Source: Lingula anatina | Lineage: Eukaryota; Animalia; Brachiopoda | Direction of reading: 5' to 3' | Assembly (NCBI GenBank): GCA_051362555.1 | Contig: CM120645.1 | Span: 3,596,001 to 3,660,000, forward strand | Length of the DNA: 64,000 bases | Shown here: positions 13,443 to 26,000 of the stretch, piece after piece | Layout of the letters: every line of letters begins with the position of its first letter | Position numbering within the stretch: the first letter of the stretch is position 1 | Made by a program: the position numbers and the translations under genes | The notes under the pieces: generated by a model | The model's database searches: none | Told to the model about the DNA's origin: nothing | The model's input: only the letters and a program-made list of their open reading frames with translations

Positions 13443-15097
13443 TGATGATGAAATAATAAAATATACAAAATCAGGCTTGATTATAGAGTGGCTGAACAAA
13501 TTTACCTTCATAAATGAACCTTTATCTTAATACCACTCATCAAAATTAATATGGCTCATGTTTTGCTTCCATTCCTGTCCTGGGATCAAACTGATATCAA
13601 AATGACACCTAGTGCTGACAAGCTTTGACATGATCGGCTAATTTATATACACTCCTTATACATTAAGGCCCCATTCCCAGAGACATCATCGGTCAAAGTA
13701 GATCAATCCAACTGTGTGGGAGGCTTTATTTTGCCTTAAGAAGGATTAAGTAGGTATTGGTATAAAACAGTGCCTTACTTTTCCTTGTTATAAATCATCA
13801 AAAGGTTTCATTTTAGTGAACTATCACTGATATTCCTTGGCTGTAAGTATACTACGGTAAAGTCTTGAAAATTTCGTCGTTCTTGAAAATTTCGTCGACA
13901 GACGATTTGCCGCCGACGTAATTTTTTTCCCTTTGAAAACTTCGTCGACCTTAAAAATGAGGTACTCGATAATTTTTGAAAAGTTCGTCACCAAATATGG
14001 CCGCGTTGTCCAGCTCAAACATGAAGGTAATGCGTCAGTTGATTCAAGACAATGATACCATCAGGATAACATTGCCGATAACACTCTCAATGGGAGATAG
14101 GAACAATAGTTCGCCCCTGCGAGCGGTTACTCTCAATATAGATGGTTTAGATGTGAATTCCCGTTCTCAATTGCGGGAACGTCGGCCTTTTGTCTTTAGT
14201 TGCATTACTATTACCTGGCTTAAGGTGCGTTATCAAGCCGGCAAATAGAAGTCACAGGCCGCGGCTTTGTCATTTGTAACGCCGTTATTGTTATCGGCGG
14301 CTGTCCTAAATGAGGAAGACACAATGAAAAAATCAAGATATTATCTCGAAGTGAAATGTACCCGGAAGACACAATGAAAAAGTCAAGATATTATCTCGAA
14401 GTGAAATGTACCCGTCACTTCTATTCATGTCCATGTTCAATTTAGGACCATTTAACGATTACCTGGCTCGCACATGGAGATCGTTCGCAATGCGAATGGG
14501 ACGAGATGGCAATTTTCATATCTTCAGCGGAGAATCGTTCGCGTAATATCGTCAACAGATCGTTCGCGATCCAAACGAGACGAGAAGATAATTTTCATAT
14601 TTGTAACGGACTCCGTTCGCATAAGATCATCAGCGGGAGATCGTTTGCGATTCGAGAGAGACGAAAAGGCAATCTTCATATCTTCAGCGGGAGATCGTTC
14701 GCGATGTAAGCGAGAATAAAATGCACTTATCATATTTGTTCAAGGGAACTTCGTTCGTGGAAGATCGTCAGCAAGAGATCATTATTTTAACCCCCCCCCC
14801 CTCCCCCTTTGAATTTTACAAATAATATTTATTTTTCATTTTATCTTTAAACCCCCCCCCTTCCCCCGCTCACGGCATATCTTCAGCGGAGAATCGATCG
14901 CGTAATATCGTCAAGACTTTGTTCGCGTAAGATCGTCAGTCGCGATCCGAGCGAGACGAAAAGGCAATTTTCATATCATCATCGGGAGATCGTTCGCTAT
15001 GTAAGCAAGAATGAAATGCAATTTTCATATTAGTTCAAGGGATTTAGGGAACTTTGTTCACGGAAGATCGTCAGCGGGAGATTATTTAAACCCCCCC

Positions 15098-15128
<31 letters not shown>

Positions 15129-17226
15129 ACACACACACACTTTGGATTTTTAAAAAATATTCATTTTCATTTGATCTTTAATCCGCCCCCCTTCCCCCGC
15201 TCACGGTATATCTTCGGCGGAGAATCGTTCGGGTAATATCCTCAGGACTTTGTTCGCGTAAGATCATATCAGAGGGAGATCGTTCGCGATCCTAGCTTTG
15301 ACGTAAAGGCAATTTTCATATCTTCATTGGGAGATTGTTCGCGATGTAGGCAATAATAAAATGCAGTTTTCATATTAGTTCAAGGAACTTAGTTTGCGAA
15401 CGATCGTCAGCGGGAGATCATTATTTTAAACCCACCTCCCCCTTTGAATATTATAAATAATACATATATTTAGTTTTATCTTTAACCCCCCCTTCCCCGC
15501 TCACGGCATATCTTCGGCGGAGAATCGTTTGCGTACTATCGTCAGGACTTTGTTCGCGTAAAATCGTCAGAGGGAGATCGTTCGCGATCCGAGCGAGACG
15601 AAAAGGCAATTTTCATATCATCATTGGGAGATCGTCCGCGATGTAAGCAAGAATGAAATGCAATTTTCATATAAGTTCAAGGGATTTAGGGAACTTCGTT
15701 CGCGGAAGATCGTCAGCGGGAGATCGGTCGCGATCCTTGCTAGACGAAAAGGCAATTTTCACATCTTCATCGGGAGATTGTTCGCGATGTAAGCAATAAA
15801 AAAATGCAGTTTTCATATTAGTTCAAAGAACTTAAATTGCGGAAGATCGTCAACGGGAGATCATTATTTTAACACCCTGTAAATTTTTAGGAAGTTACAG
15901 ATGGTAATTTTAGAATACCTGACACTCAATCCTGGGAAAAGCCCTGCATGCAACAAACGTTCCCAAGTGCGTAATATTTTAAACGTGTCGCGTCCAGGTT
16001 ATGATGCAAGGTTGCAATTAGGCTTATCTTGATCCTTCTCCTCTATCAGGAGGTATGTTTCTTACCGAGAAAATAATTCTCAACATGTTTTCGGGTACAG
16101 TAAGTTAAATATAACTTAATCGAGATGCACTAATAAATAGATTATTATTTACCACCAGAAAATGACTTAGGAAGTAGTAATAAATATCCCACAATATAGG
16201 AAGGTCAAAGATAACAGTCGCTAAGGATAAAAGCCCAAAGGCCGGATTTTTGAAAATTTCGTCATACCCAGGAGTCGGGGAGAGGTAATTTTGACAAATT
16301 AGTCGGATTTACACAATTAAAAATATTAATTAATTTTTAAGCGACGAAATTTTCAAGACTTTACCGTAATTGGGTCTGAAAATTAAGACCAACTAGCTGT
16401 TTTTAAGTTTTATTTTCCTTGTCAGGGGCCCATGTGCTCCCATTACAGTTAGCTAGGAAGGTTGATATATCTATACACACAGGGCAAAATATATATATAT
16501 ATATATATTTTTTTTTTATTTGAAATCCAGCATACAGGATATTGTGCGCTTGAAGACTTTCTTTCAGAGGTACCAACAATGACTCAGACAAAGGAAGCCT
16601 GCAAATGATAGCCACATACTGAGAACACAATACGATATCAGATAGATCCAAGACTTGTTCTCTTGATGTGGAGCTTTTTGAAAAATATAGTAATAATAAT
16701 GCTCATAAAAAACGGTATCTCATAAATCTGCTCAAGCACAGATGATCCTTGAATCTAATACAAACAGCAAAGAGCCATTTTACAATGTTTAATACCTTTA
16801 AGAAAAAGAAAGGATACAGAACATAGAACAAATCAACTTCCTTGCCCCTTATTTCAAAATAATTTGTTACTTCACAAGTTTTCTTCTCATACATTAAAGC
16901 TGTAAGCATGAAAAACTTGTTAAAAATTTAATTATTTTCATAGCTTTGATTTCATTTATAACTGAATCACAAGAAAATAAAAACATTTCCAGTGCAAAAA
17001 AGGGGCAAAATCCTAGCCATGAAAAAAAAAAAACAAAAAAAAAAACAAAAAAAACACCCACCTACAAAACAAGATTAATGAGTTAAGCATCCAATTCCCA
17101 GGGTCTAATGTTCCTGTAATTTCTAACAAATTCAAACACCCATCTCTCAAAAAATCTCAATTTCCTCATAGATTTTTTTTTATTTGAGCTATCCATAATT
17201 CAAAAATATAACCGCTGAATACAATT

Positions 17227-17261
<35 letters not shown>

Positions 17262-20200
17262 TTTCTAAACTTACAATTCTTCCTTTATAGGTATAGCTAA
17301 CATAACACTGATTTGGGACACGAAGCCGGACAATTGGGAATCAAATTAAGGGAACAATTACCATAAACAAGACATCCACAGGTGTCAACAGATACACCTA
17401 AAATGAAACCACGAAAAGAAAAAAAAAACTAGTCTGGGGCGACATAAAAACTGACCATTATGCTAATGCAGCCATGCAAGAGAGAGCCAGAATGAAAACC
17501 TTTAGTGTAACACACAAAGTTATGATCAATATTGAAATAGTGACTCGATCAATAGACACAGGTAGAGCTTAATTGTGCATGTACAATGGGCAACTGCATA
17601 ACTCAAAACAGGATACGTTAGTATCTGACGTCATAGACCCGATAACGCCTCAACTTTAGCACACCTTTTCTTTTTCAAGGCAATTAGAAATAAATGACTG
17701 AGCTCAAATCTTTTCTTAATGGCACAGCAGTAAAATTAACTTTTAAAAGTTGAAAATGAAAACATTATCCATTGCTGCTAGCCAAATATATTATCCACAA
17801 CCGAAAATTCTATATGCTTGCCAGAGCCTGAAGAACTGACATCAAAAGAAAAAAAAAAAGACCCCATTGTGATATGAACCGTAATATTTCACATAACAGA
17901 AAGAGAGACATAAATCCTGGCTGAATCCACTGGTTACATCATAGCCAAGCTCCTTTGTGTAAAAGTGAATGTAGCAAATGTGTGCACCCATTCACTGGAA
18001 CACATTCTTTAAGGCACTTACATTAACAAAACAAATAGCACACACCAAAACCTTGAGGTACATCATAATATACCAAGCTGAACCAACCCCCCCCCCCTTC
18101 CCATTTACAGTGTTGGGTAGCATTATAGAAAAGTTGAGAAATCAAAACTGTCTTTACAACACACTCTATGACAGGTCACAGAACAAATGGGTCTCCAGAG
18201 TCTGCCAGGACATCCCTGGCATGACATGAGACCAGGGTATTAAAGTCTTCTCCACCCGGAGGCTGTCCTCCTTAATAAAGACATACACCAGGTCAGTAAA
18301 GTAGGGGAAACAAAATCCCTGACCAATATTAATAATTACTATAATTAAGCACCTTTCCCCCTTTCTACTTTCACACTTCCCGTTCAAAGCACCCCCCACC
18401 TCTAATGGCTACAATTTCCAACCTGCAAGGCCAGTGTACCTGGACAGTGAGCACTAACATCACAACTATCCATGCCTCAGGGCACAATGTAGCTACCATG
18501 GGTCCCCCGCCTTAGCTTGAGGTGTCCGACAAAGTGGATTACACTGCCCAAGCCCCACCTGGTGAACACGAGTGGGGTCAGGTCAATTACTGTGATCCCT
18601 CCCCGTACACACACAATGTGTGGGGAGAATAATTTGTTTGACAATTGCCAACAAGGAGGTAGTATTTTTAACCAGGCCCGGTCCTCTTGCCATAGAAAAA
18701 CACACCCGCCCGGTTCAACTCAACAGGCGGATACTGGTGACAAGGGTGGGGTTTTCAGTGGAGGCCGTGTTTGTCAAGGACTCAGTGGCTGGTAATCCTT
18801 GACGTTTCTTCAACATAAAGTACATGACCAGGAGCAGGCTTACTGAGAGAGCCTTGGGATATCATTAAGCCTGGTTACAAGGGATCCTGTGAAAAAAAAA
18901 CTCAGTTTCAGATTGATCAAGACATCAATTTTCTCTTCAGTGAATGACTTAGAGAAACTGTCATAGGAGAGGAAAAAGAAAGGAGAGACCCAAGCTTCGT
19001 CCTCATATAACTCTACACAGAAAAATTACAGGTATTGATTTTTTTTTCCCTGGCAAAGTAACATTAAAAACCCAGTCAGTGCTACCTGATCACATTACAA
19101 CACACTGTGCATTTCTAATACCTTTGGAGTATTGGCTGCACTTAATAGGCACAAACATTCCTGGGAACATTAACAGAGAACTACAGGTAACTTTCACCAC
19201 ATTTTGATCATGAGCTCTAAGAATGCGTCGAGGTTCTACCCACTGGCCCGCTGCAGGGTACGATTTTTGGGCAAGGTCAAGGTCAACGATCCTCCAAAAG
19301 GTGGCCCCATCGGCCCCGAGGAGCTCAACATGATCCAGAAGCCACTTTTGTCTTGCTACGGTCCCCAGCGCAGGCAGGACTCCGTCGATGATGACGCCAG
19401 GCTGTTGATTTACCGCGACGCCATTCGTATCAGCTACGAGGAGAACCCTGCTAAGGTGGAATGGCTTCCCATGGCTAACCTCCACCTGTGCGCTGCTCTC
19501 AAATATGTCAATAACAGGTATCAGGGGGATGGGGCCGACCACCCCATCTTCGCCAACCTTGACAGCCCCCTGGCGAAAGCAGACAATGGCCACCCACCAC
19601 TGTTTGCTCTAATCATGAAGAGAATCACGCCAGCTGACAAACAGCTGGAGTGCTACCCGTTTGTGTGCAGGAACACAGATGTAGCCTTCGCCCTGGTGGA
19701 AGCCTGTTCCATCGCCTACCGGGAACTGCGCCATTTCAAACCCCACAAGAAAGGTGAGATTTTTGAGAGCTACTACGATACCCGCTATTCTTGGGAGGGT
19801 AGTGAAATAAGCCGTCACTCCTCCATGATGGAGAAGGGCAGCGAAGGGGTCAGGACACTCTCCAGGCACCCACCGTCTGCTATGCCAGAGGGGCGAGGTG
19901 GACAACGCATGTACCTGATCCCAGTCTACGAAGATGAGATATACGGCTACATGGGCCGGCCATACTATCAGCCCTACAGACATACAGACGACAGTGTTAG
20001 GTACGCATACTCTATTCCCCAGGACTACCATCGTCAACGGTCCCCAGTCCCAGAGGGTCATTATTGGATAGACGGAAGACCCGTTTATTTCGAAGAGTAC
20101 CCGACGGAGATCAGACCTGACTCTTTCCACCCTCATCGGGATAGGAAATCGACAAAAGAAAGCGGCACCTCCCCTGAGGACCTGTACGCCACCGTCGAGA

Positions 20201-22989
20201 AAAAGAACAAGCGAGTACAGACGCCACCTCCACCTCCGTCCACCAATGGCACTGACACAACAAGTGCCGAAGTCCACCAGGACATTCCAGACGCACCGGT
20301 GGTGGTGCCCCCAAGCCCCCCACGCACACCACCAGGGGTAGCGTTCCGCACCAACATTCCCAGCAGTCCCAACAGTGACCCCGAGATGAGAACGAGCTTC
20401 TTCAGCTCCAGCGATGGGGCTTACAGCACCGTAGATATCAGCGCAGGAGAAATGAAAGAGACCCAAGACCAGCCAGTGGTACATGTTAACGGAGAGTCCT
20501 CCGAGCCCATCGCAGTAAATGGTGACTGAGGGCAAATTGATTCCTATGGATTTCTCTTAACTGTGAAAGTCAATACTTCCAGTTCATTTGTTCAGTTGGT
20601 TGACTGACATCAGAAGCATATTCTTAAGATGGCATACATAGTGGAGGAAGAAAGCCAAAAGACATTATGAAAATCAACAAGGAAGTTAACGGGGTTAAAA
20701 AAACTGCCAGACAATAGGTGAGATGGCATTTTCAAATGGTTAAATGCAGTTAAGATGCCAAAATATGTTGGCTGGACTATAATATTAACATGATAGTTAT
20801 ACATGCCTTTGTCACACTTTATGAAGCAATTTGTATAGAATATTAATCAATCAGTTATGGTTTTTCACAGTTATGTTTATTGTTAGGAAAGTGCAATGAA
20901 AGATTTGTAAATAAGGTTACCAGAGATAGGTCATGAGAAGAAATTAATATATCTTACCCATACAAATATAAAATATCATATATAACACCAATTAGGCTTA
21001 ACAATGCAACTAACAAACCACTTGCGCAGGTATTCCTCCTCTTAATCACTAAATTTTAAGTCTGAAAATTAAGACATTAATTTAGATTTATTATAAACCA
21101 GTTCCAGCAAGGATTGAGCTGGATCTGAATAAAATCCACAGAAATTAGGTAATTTTCTAATTGATCACATCCCTGCTTTAATATATAATTCTCTACCTTA
21201 TAATGATATTGAAGTGAGGGTCTAGATTCAATCTAGCACATGCAAATATGCTGTTAAGATTATCTAAACCACCGGAAGAAAATGTTAAGTATTTGAAACT
21301 CTTTTTTTTTTTTGGTGAAATTTCAACCTTTCAGTTTTACAAAGTTTATGCTGGATTAAGCAAGAAGGTAGAGAAAAGTGACATACAGTCATGAAAATAT
21401 TGTGGTTTAAATTTTTTATTTTTACCTCAATCAAGTTGCTGAAATCATACAGCTGAAAAAATAGGAGTGAAGAACTAAAAGAAAATGATCAAATAGTTCC
21501 CATTTTCTTCACCTTTAGTTGGCTAGTTAAAGTTATTGGCAATAATTATAATAATAAAAAATGGCCTTCCCTTCACACCCTTTATAATCACACACACCCC
21601 CAAATATATATCAAAGTTAAAAGTCACGAACTTACTATATTACAAAAAAAGGGTGTTAACGGGAGAGTTTTGAACTTTGTAGAAGAAAAGAAAATGACAG
21701 GATAAATGCCATCAAGCAAGCATCAAGGCTCTATATGATATCCAATTTCTCAAAAGATAAATATTGTGGGGCGTGACCTAGAGAGTTATGAGTAATGGTA
21801 AAAGACCACGCCACCAACATGAGGTCACTGGTATTGAAATCCTGGTGGGGGAAAAAAAGACAGCCATAAAGATATGTGACCTGTTTTTTGAGACCACTGT
21901 ACAGCTGTTGCTTTGCATAATCTGTTGTTAAGCCCCACCCTGACAGTAAGGATAAAAGCAAGCATTTTTTTTTTTTGTTTGAAGGAATACAAAATAAGAC
22001 AATTATGACAAAGCATGTCCCTCCTTTAATAAACAAGTTTAATTTCTTTCAGCACTTCACAAAAACTGCACTTACGACCAAAAAACGTGATGGTGTAGTT
22101 TAAAGCTCTTTTATGGCTGACCAAAAAATTAAATCAGTTTATCCCTTGGCATGTTGACTTTATTGGAATTGTATAAGAAACTAGTAGAAGTGGTTTATAT
22201 ACCTTACTGGGAATTCACGCTCCACCGAGGCTTGATTTAAATAAAGCTTGAACCATATCACAAAATTCAAGTGTCTTATTACTAGTGTACATCATAATAA
22301 GTAGCCAAAGGAAAGGGGGGGGGGGGACCAAGCTGCTGTATCATGAAAACAGAAGACAAATCAAAAGGCAATTTGGGGCTTTGTCACATAATATCCCCTG
22401 AAAGGAAGTCAAGGTGGGGGAGGGGAGGGAGAGGGAACAATACTTTTAACAGGGTATAACACATTAGCTGTGGGCTGAGCAAACAAAAGCCGCATTTCAA
22501 GTCAAGTGATGACGGCTCAATTTGGGTTCATACTATTTCAGCAGACTTTGTGATTATTACTTAGCAATCTAACAGCACTAACTTTCCTCTCTCAGTGATA
22601 ATGATGATGATGGGTGGGTAACCCAGGACCACCAGACTGGCCACTTAACATAGAAGTCATATATGTCCCATGCTAGACCAGGTGTACTAAGTCAAGCCAT
22701 CTTAACAAGAGCGGAAATGCGCCATTTTTCACCCAAGTAGGGAAAACGAGATCCACTTCAGTGGGACCACAGCAAACAAAACTGGTGTCGAGCTTTAAGA
22801 ATGTAAATAGACAAGCTTATTCAGCCTGGTAGGGGATCATGCATAGAGCGCTTGGCGTCAACTTCTTAATAAATATAATATAATATAATAATGCCTCACT
22901 TCAGCTTAAAACTCACCACAGCAGTAACTTACCATACGGCAGTATTATGAGTATCTCTAACTTTACAGTAAAACAATCAACTGACATAT

Positions 22990-23048
<59 letters not shown>

Positions 23049-26000
23049 ATATTGTTTGACCACTGGGGAAGCTCAAATTGCAACTTTTTATACAGTTATT
23101 ATTATTATATACATATATCATTTTGACAGCAAGACTATCATTATAAACTTCGTCAGATTTAAATGGCAACAGGTGACAGTTCTTTTTCCCCCGGGCAAGC
23201 TTTCGTCTCGACTGTAAATGTAAAAGGTAGCTTAGTCACTGTCTAAGAACTTACACAAATATTCAACAAATGGACGTCTAACTTACAAGATATCTCTCCA
23301 CATCAGTACACTGGTATACACAAATAAGTAAATAACTAATTAATATATCAGTATGGATGTTGATAAAAATTAGAATTCTCCACTAGGCCAAAGTGACTGG
23401 AGGTGTGTTAGAAATGTATCCTTTACACTTGTATTTATAGCTTTTTGTCTTTGTTAATAACCACATTACTTACACTGAAGAGATCATTATAATTATGTGA
23501 AATCATTATTGTTGTTCACTTTTGCTGACACTAACATTATCAATATATCAATAATTATTTAATATATAATCCATATTTTTACGCAGTTCAAAACTCTTTA
23601 TTTTTATCTAAGTTTTAAACCAAGTTATCAAAGGAATTCAACTGCACACATTCTGTAAATGGGGATTTATCACTATTAGTATCGATAATATTATCAAGGC
23701 ATGAATCATTTATTTTACAGTTATGCTTATTATCAATGTACACGGATGTATATATAAAGTAATATACTGAAACTTTAGATCCTATTTCTGCCAATAACTC
23801 ATTTTTCAAATCTTCCCATGTGGCTTATGTATAAATTTGAAAATGTAGGCACTGGCCGAATTGGATCTAAAACTTGGGCTTGTTAATCGTGTGATTCAAG
23901 ACTTATCTCTTAAGATTAGACAGAGAGACCTAAAATATATATCTCACATTTATTAAGGCTCATCATAAAGGTAATTGTGATAGGTAATTATTTACTGAAC
24001 TCCTCACTGCTATAACACAATACCAGCAACCATGTAGTTTGTATACAGATGAAAGTGGATCTTTCAAAAAACTCTCGAAAATGCAAGCACCGCATGCAAG
24101 CAGATCTTTACGGAGGGGGATAGGAGAGGGGGGGGGGTCAGCTTTTGGTAAAAATATAACTAGCCAGGATAATTATGTTATAATATGTTCTATTGCTTTG
24201 GTATAAAGTTATATGCTAGCATTCCTCTGGTGAAGTAGACCATGCTACTGCTTTTGATCATAACCTTTAGTCTGAAGATTATTGCGTATAAGCACAATCA
24301 TATCTTACCTATATAGGAAATATAAATATTTACTTCACTGCTTACATTTACTGTGTAATATTGAATCTCTTGTGTCTGAGTGTCTGTTTTACAGTATTTG
24401 GTTGAAAATATTTTATGTTAAAATTACAAGCCTTGTTCCTTGTTCAACAGTAGTAAGAAGTGACATCTTGTGAAGTTCTATCTTAGGTTATTTAATTAAT
24501 TTTTCATTTACAGGGTGCTGATTGTACTCTACAAAGTGTGATCAAAATTAAACTGCTTGAACAAAAAAGAGTCAAATTCCTGAGATGGCCTTGCTAAATA
24601 CTGTGAATCATTCAGAAAATAAAGATATTTTATTCTTTAAAAAATCAAGTGTTGTTTCATTTTGTCCAAATATTTACCTAATCCACAACCCAAGGTTCAG
24701 TCCTGATAAAAAGGGATTCATTTACAATAGTCAATCTCTTCAAAATGTTCTGGACATGAAAGTAAAATTGTTATGCTAGCAGACAAGTAATGTGACCACA
24801 TTGAGCAGACAATCAAGATCAAGTAAGGGCGCATTCCCATAGATTTTAGATCGATCTATCCCCGTGGGGAGTCTCACTAGATTACTGTCAGATAATCCTG
24901 CTTAAATGTCCGTCCCGCCTACTACAAGCTGTAAGGGGGCAATTAACTTTCTTACCCACTCGGCTGACAGCTATTTAGCATGAACCCCCAGGGAGTTAGG
25001 TTGATCTAGTTGGATCGATCTAATCTCTGGGAATGGGGTCTTAGACCAAGGAGCTTCATACATGACTCCTTGGTTAGACTTCCACTCATCCTTGTGACAA
25101 GAAAGGTAGCTTTGTTCGCACACAGTCACTTGAACTACTTGCTTCTGATACAACTACACACTATTGACTCAACTACAAGAAGTATGGTGTACATGGGCAG
25201 ATCCTGAATTTGGCTTGGGCACAAGGAGGAGGGGGGGAAGGGGTCAAAAATAAAAATAGCAGAAAAAAACAATCTCATGACAATTTCATGCAGGGCCTTC
25301 CCTTTTTTGGGGGTGGGGTGGGGTGGGGAGAAGGAAAAGGAGCAGAGGGATCTTCCGAAGTTAGGGAACAAGGGGCAAAGTGCGTCCTCCCCTGCCCCTC
25401 ATCCACTGTTTCCACACACAAATGTTTGTACATTTGCTGAACTTGCTACCAAGCATTAATGAAACAAAACCAAGCTGATCACCAAGATGACATAGCTACC
25501 TTTGTATTGGAAACAGAGATTAAGCCAAGAACCCATGTGATGGAAAGTCATTGGTATTCAGGAGACAAGTCTTTGTTTTTTTTTGGTGAAGAGAATGAGG
25601 TTATGCTTTGGTGCTTTTGTAGCAAGCTGACTGGGCTCCTAACATGGACTAACAAAAGACAGTATTCTTTTGCTGCATAATGTGAGAAAGGTGCTGACTA
25701 TCAATTACATGATTCTTCAATATCAATTTGCAAAGAAAAATATTTAAAAGAAATAATAATAAAACAAATATTTTAAAAAATACATAAAAATATTGACTCT
25801 ATAATATATTAATTCTGAAAAAAAAAAAAAAAAAATAGACAAATAAAATACCATAAATAAATAAATAAATCCAGAAAATCCTCATGTCTCCATCCTCTAG
25901 CCATACTCACCCCCCATGTTCAAAGAAGGTGTGTACGCATTCCTTGCTGGTCCTGTCCCATAACTTGACAGTTTTGTCATCACTGCCAGACACTATGAGC

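Larger units (their letters stand above)
13855..16366. mobile_element. 2.5-kb non-autonomous Tc1/mariner-type element carrying internal tandem repeats
   Basis: Perfect 25-bp TIR CGGTAAAGTCTTGAAAATTTCGTCG, TA on both sides (13853-13854, 16367-16368), no transposase ORF. Confidence 0.88.

Noticed and set aside
14470-15875. Repeat array superficially like a CRISPR
   Set aside because: Eukaryotic context, degenerate repeats, no unique spacers or cas genes, and it lies inside a TIR element.
19090-20535. 308-aa and 167-aa minus-strand ORFs opposite the nested gene
   Set aside because: Antisense shadows of a GC-rich coding region. POC1 exons 7 and 8 join in phase without them.
23560-23900. Possible decayed LINE fragment (also 29860-30320)
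   Set aside because: Only compositional hints; no recognisable RT or endonuclease motif.
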